From NCBI GenBank assembly GCA_045837725.1, contig JBEWZL010000076.1, positions 124,001 through 188,000 of the forward strand: a DNA stretch of 64,000 nt. The letters are read 5' to 3'. Under the pieces are notes generated by a model. The model did no database searches, was not told where the DNA came from, and saw nothing but the letters and a program-made list of their open reading frames with translations. Below are positions 62,784 through 64,000 of this stretch, piece after piece. How positions within the stretch are numbered: the first letter of the stretch is position 1; each line of letters starts with the position of its first letter. Source of the stretch: Vermamoeba vermiformis. Its lineage: Eukaryota. Made by a program: the position numbers and the translations under genes.

Positions 62784-64000
62784 TTAAGGCTTGTTGGTAG
62801 TATAAGGCTTAAGCTTGTCTTGATAATCTTGAAGGAAATCCAACAACATTGAGTTGACTGAGGGACCAAAGTAGATCTTGGTGTTGTTTGCAATGGATTT
62901 GACCCACTCGTGCATCAAGAACTCGGTAGTCAATTGCTTTTGCATGGCCTCGGCACTCTTAACAACCTTGTAGTATTCAGCATCGGCAAGGGCCTTCTCG
63001 TGAGCAATATGAGTTGCGTCTTCGATCTCGGCCATCTTTTTCATAGCTTCTTTTTCGTTGATTTGTTGGTCCATGCGAATCTTAGAAACTTCAGCGACCT
63101 TTTCTGCTTCAATCTTGGCCTTCTTACGATCAGTTTCGGCCTCTGTACGAGAAAATTTATCAATATTATTTTTCGATGGCCAAATTAGGAAATGCTGGTA
63201 CGTTACCTTTCTCAATGACCTTTTGCGCTTGAGTAGCAATCAAAAGCTTAGTCTTTTCAGCTTCCATTTGCTCGTAGTTGCGAGAGATAGCTATTAGAAC
63301 AAAGATTAATTTTCGTGTTTCGAAACGGATGTGGATCTGTGACGTACTTTGAGGGATCTTAGGCTTAGTGATACGAATAGCAATAATTTCAATACCAGGA
63401 GCCCATTTATCGCAGTCGTTTTGCAAAGCTTGAGCCAATCTCTCGTCAACAGTGTGGAACAAATCAATGTATACTTCTTGCAATGTGTGCGACGAGCAGA
63501 ATTGATTGATCTATGAAGAAAAATATTAAAACAAAATTCTAAGAAAAATTACGCTATTTTTGAAGCTGTTCAAAGACGTACCTCGTGATGGATCTTATCG
63601 AAGATCCACATCTTGTCGTAATGAACAGTGTAGTTCTTAATAGTCTCATAGACATATTCGGGCTTCAATCTGTTCACAACTTCAACACGATCGAACCTAA
63701 AGTAAGCCAAGTATTAGTAATACAGTACATCCGGATCAAAATGAAGTTCAACGTACCAAATGAGAACACCTCCAGAAGTACCACAAGGGACTGTATTAAA
63801 TATATATATTAATATATGAGCTAATAGATCGTATTATCTGTTATTACATACTGTCGGTGACTTTGTCCGTTTGAACGGTAATTTGAACGTTCTCAGCTTG
63901 GTCCTAATTATTCGATTAGAAAGAGGTACCGAATAACATAAAAGGATAATTATATTAAGAATAGTACTATTATTCATTATGACGGCAATTTCAAAAAGAG
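62784..64000 (-). CDS. ERLIN: Erlin (SPFH/band-7 ER lipid-raft protein); 5' end beyond the window
   Basis: [85 protein letters not shown]. Confidence 0.93.

Noticed and set aside
1-64000. CRISPR arrays, tRNA/rRNA genes, transposase or reverse-transcriptase ORFs, alternative genetic code
   Set aside because: No regularly spaced repeats, cloverleafs or DDE/RT motifs were seen. Apparent in-frame stops are explained by introns, and TAA, TAG and TGA all serve as real stops.

Overview
This is eukaryotic, AT-rich, gene-dense DNA with many short spliceosomal introns (donors mostly GTAAG/GTACG/GTATG). An amoebozoan-type protist is my inference, from the Dictyostelium MPL-like LRR-phosphatase and the general gene style; the species cannot be identified. 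I reconstructed about 24 spliced genes by hand. Housekeeping genes: SEC31, VTI1, OSTC/DC2, NOPCHAP1-like, CCT4, erlin, a CDC48/AFG2-like AAA ATPase and a probable mitochondrial bS21. Accessory genes: C2-patatin, LRR-DSP, a frameshifted F-box-LRR, two BTB proteins, an O-methyltransferase, a nucleoside hydrolase and a Tudor-SPRY-SAM protein. Main candidates for new biology: (1) five paralogous receptors (signal peptide + PA-like ectodomain + 7TM), four of them in tandem, with divergent ectodomains, conserved TM cores and a triple-RGS gene nearby; (2) a four-domain enzyme fusion (DUF1868-type 2H phosphoesterase + DUF218/ElyC + ankyrin + histidine phosphatase) whose continuity depends on a GC-AG intron, divergent from an O-methyltransferase; (3) a p62-like PB1...UBA protein with a membrane segment where ZZ normally sits; (4) a C2 protein with a (Cys-Asp)n tail and CCTIL CaaX box; (5) a ~550-nt intergenic element with many plus-strand helices and a pseudoknot, next to a strongly C-depleted tract. 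Exon junctions and folds were read by eye and no database searches were run.
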